48,595 nt of DNA, from positions 1 to 48,595 of IMG/VR virus record IMGVR_UViG_3300025034_000027, one strand, 5' to 3'. Below, piece by piece: positions 47,729 to 48,595 of the stretch; position 1 is the first letter of the stretch; each line of letters begins with the position of its first letter. The notes below the pieces were generated by a model. The model ran no database searches and was not told the origin of the DNA. It worked only from the letters and a program-made list of their open reading frames with translations. This DNA is from a virus (Duplodnaviria; Caudoviricetes). The translations under genes were made by a program, and so were the position numbers.

Positions 47729-48277
47729 CTATTTAATCTTTGTTGTTCTAAGGTCAAAAATATTGACAAATTCTGGTAAGTTGTCTCTACCTAATTGCTT
47801 AATTAGGGCTTTAAAGTATGCCTTTTTTGTTTGATGATGAATATCTTCTTTTGCGTCAAAGTCATAATCATTATCCATCAAGAAATCCATAAGCTTTGTC
47901 ATTTGTTCTGCTTCCATTTTTGCAAATGCACAGTTTACTTTGATTATGTCTGTTTCATTACGTTCAAGCAAGAAAGTCTTGAATGCCTTATCATCAGTAA
48001 CTGTTGCAGATATATCTTCTTTTACAGTTACTTTTCTGCCATCTGTGAGTTTCATTTCTGTAACACCATGAGATAACAAGAAGTTTGGTATTTCTTCCAT
48101 TGAAATACGGTTGAATGTTTTCTTAGCAATATTAAGTTGCTCTTCGATTTCTGCAACATGTGCAGCATATTCATCATATGCTCTAATCAGTGTTGCAAGT
48201 TGTTCCATTTCAGAAAGTCCAATGCCTTCTGCATCTTCAACATCTTTTGTTTTCAAAAAGTCTGGAAAGTTACTCAT
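47729..48277 (-). CDS. conserved phage replication-module protein
   Basis: Coiled coil + IPNFL..MKLTDGRKV..IHHQTKKAYFK; precedes the SSB-like gene. Confidence 0.6.
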   Translation of the reverse strand: MSNFPDFLKTKDVEDAEGIGLSEMEQLATLIRAYDEYAAHVAEIEEQLNIAKKTFNRISMEEIPNFLLSHGVTEMKLTDGRKVTVKEDISATVTDDKAFKTFLLERNETDIIKVNCAFAKMEAEQMTKLMDFLMDNDYDFDAKEDIHHQTKKAYFKALIKQLGRDNLPEFVNIFDLRTTKIK

Positions 48278-48569
48278 TTGATACCTCTCTTATTATGTAA
48301 GTTGTTAAACCAACTAAGTAGAACTCAATCTCTTGTAGTGTAAGTTCTACTGCTCGTTTATCTTTTGGTAGACGCAACTGCATCTCTGTAAACTTTTCTG
48401 CATGGCATGCAAGCCAATTAGGTAGAACACCAAATACGTGCTTTCCCTTAACATCTTTTATCGTAGCAAAAGGTGTGTGTATTACATCACGTGCTACATA
48501 ACCATGCTTTATAAGATACGCAACAAGAGCAGGATGCCTTGTCACAACCATTTTTGTAGGCTCAGCCAT
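48270..48569 (-). CDS. Csx16 (Cas_VVA1548)-like protein
   Basis: VVTRHPAL..VFGVLPNWLA..LPKDKRAVELT matches the recalled Csx16 pattern VTRHxGA..GTLPxHLA..LPxxxRGxELS; AGGAG RBS. Confidence 0.7.
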   Translation of the reverse strand: MAEPTKMVVTRHPALVAYLIKHGYVARDVIHTPFATIKDVKGKHVFGVLPNWLACHAEKFTEMQLRLPKDKRAVELTLQEIEFYLVGLTTYIIREVSNE

Positions 48570-48595
48570 TTTAAACTCCTATGTTAGTAAATCTC

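Overview
Near-complete genome of an AT-rich tailed dsDNA phage (siphovirus-like). No integrase or classical repressor is visible, so it is probably lytic. Two divergent arms start from a non-coding AT-rich junction (~11.3-13.2 kb). The rightward late arm (13.3-38.1 kb) carries terminase, portal, protease/scaffold, decoration, capsid, head-tail, tail tube, tape measure, baseplate, a mosaic LamG/collar tail fibre, a lipase and an atypical lysis cassette. The leftward early/middle arm (1-12.1 kb and 38.1-48.6 kb) carries many small ORFs, a GHKL ATPase, an HD hydrolase, SNF2 and UvrD helicases, primase, family A DNA polymerase, ThyX, dNMP kinase, MazG, nucleases and an SSB-like protein. Main oddities: (1) a dispersed 90-bp double-dyad hairpin element with invariant 67-bp spacing and covarying ends (4 copies plus 1 degenerate); (2) a ~0.85-kb gene block almost devoid of AC/GT dinucleotides whose proteins contain no Thr or Val; (3) a phage-encoded Csx16-like protein (candidate anti-type III CRISPR ring nuclease); (4) an in-frame TAA inside terL within a codon-shifted patch; (5) a lysis module with a YkuD-like enzyme and a non-lipoprotein overlapping spanin-like pair; (6) extremely acidic DNA-mimic-like peptides. 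All calls come from reading motifs by eye; no database searches were run.
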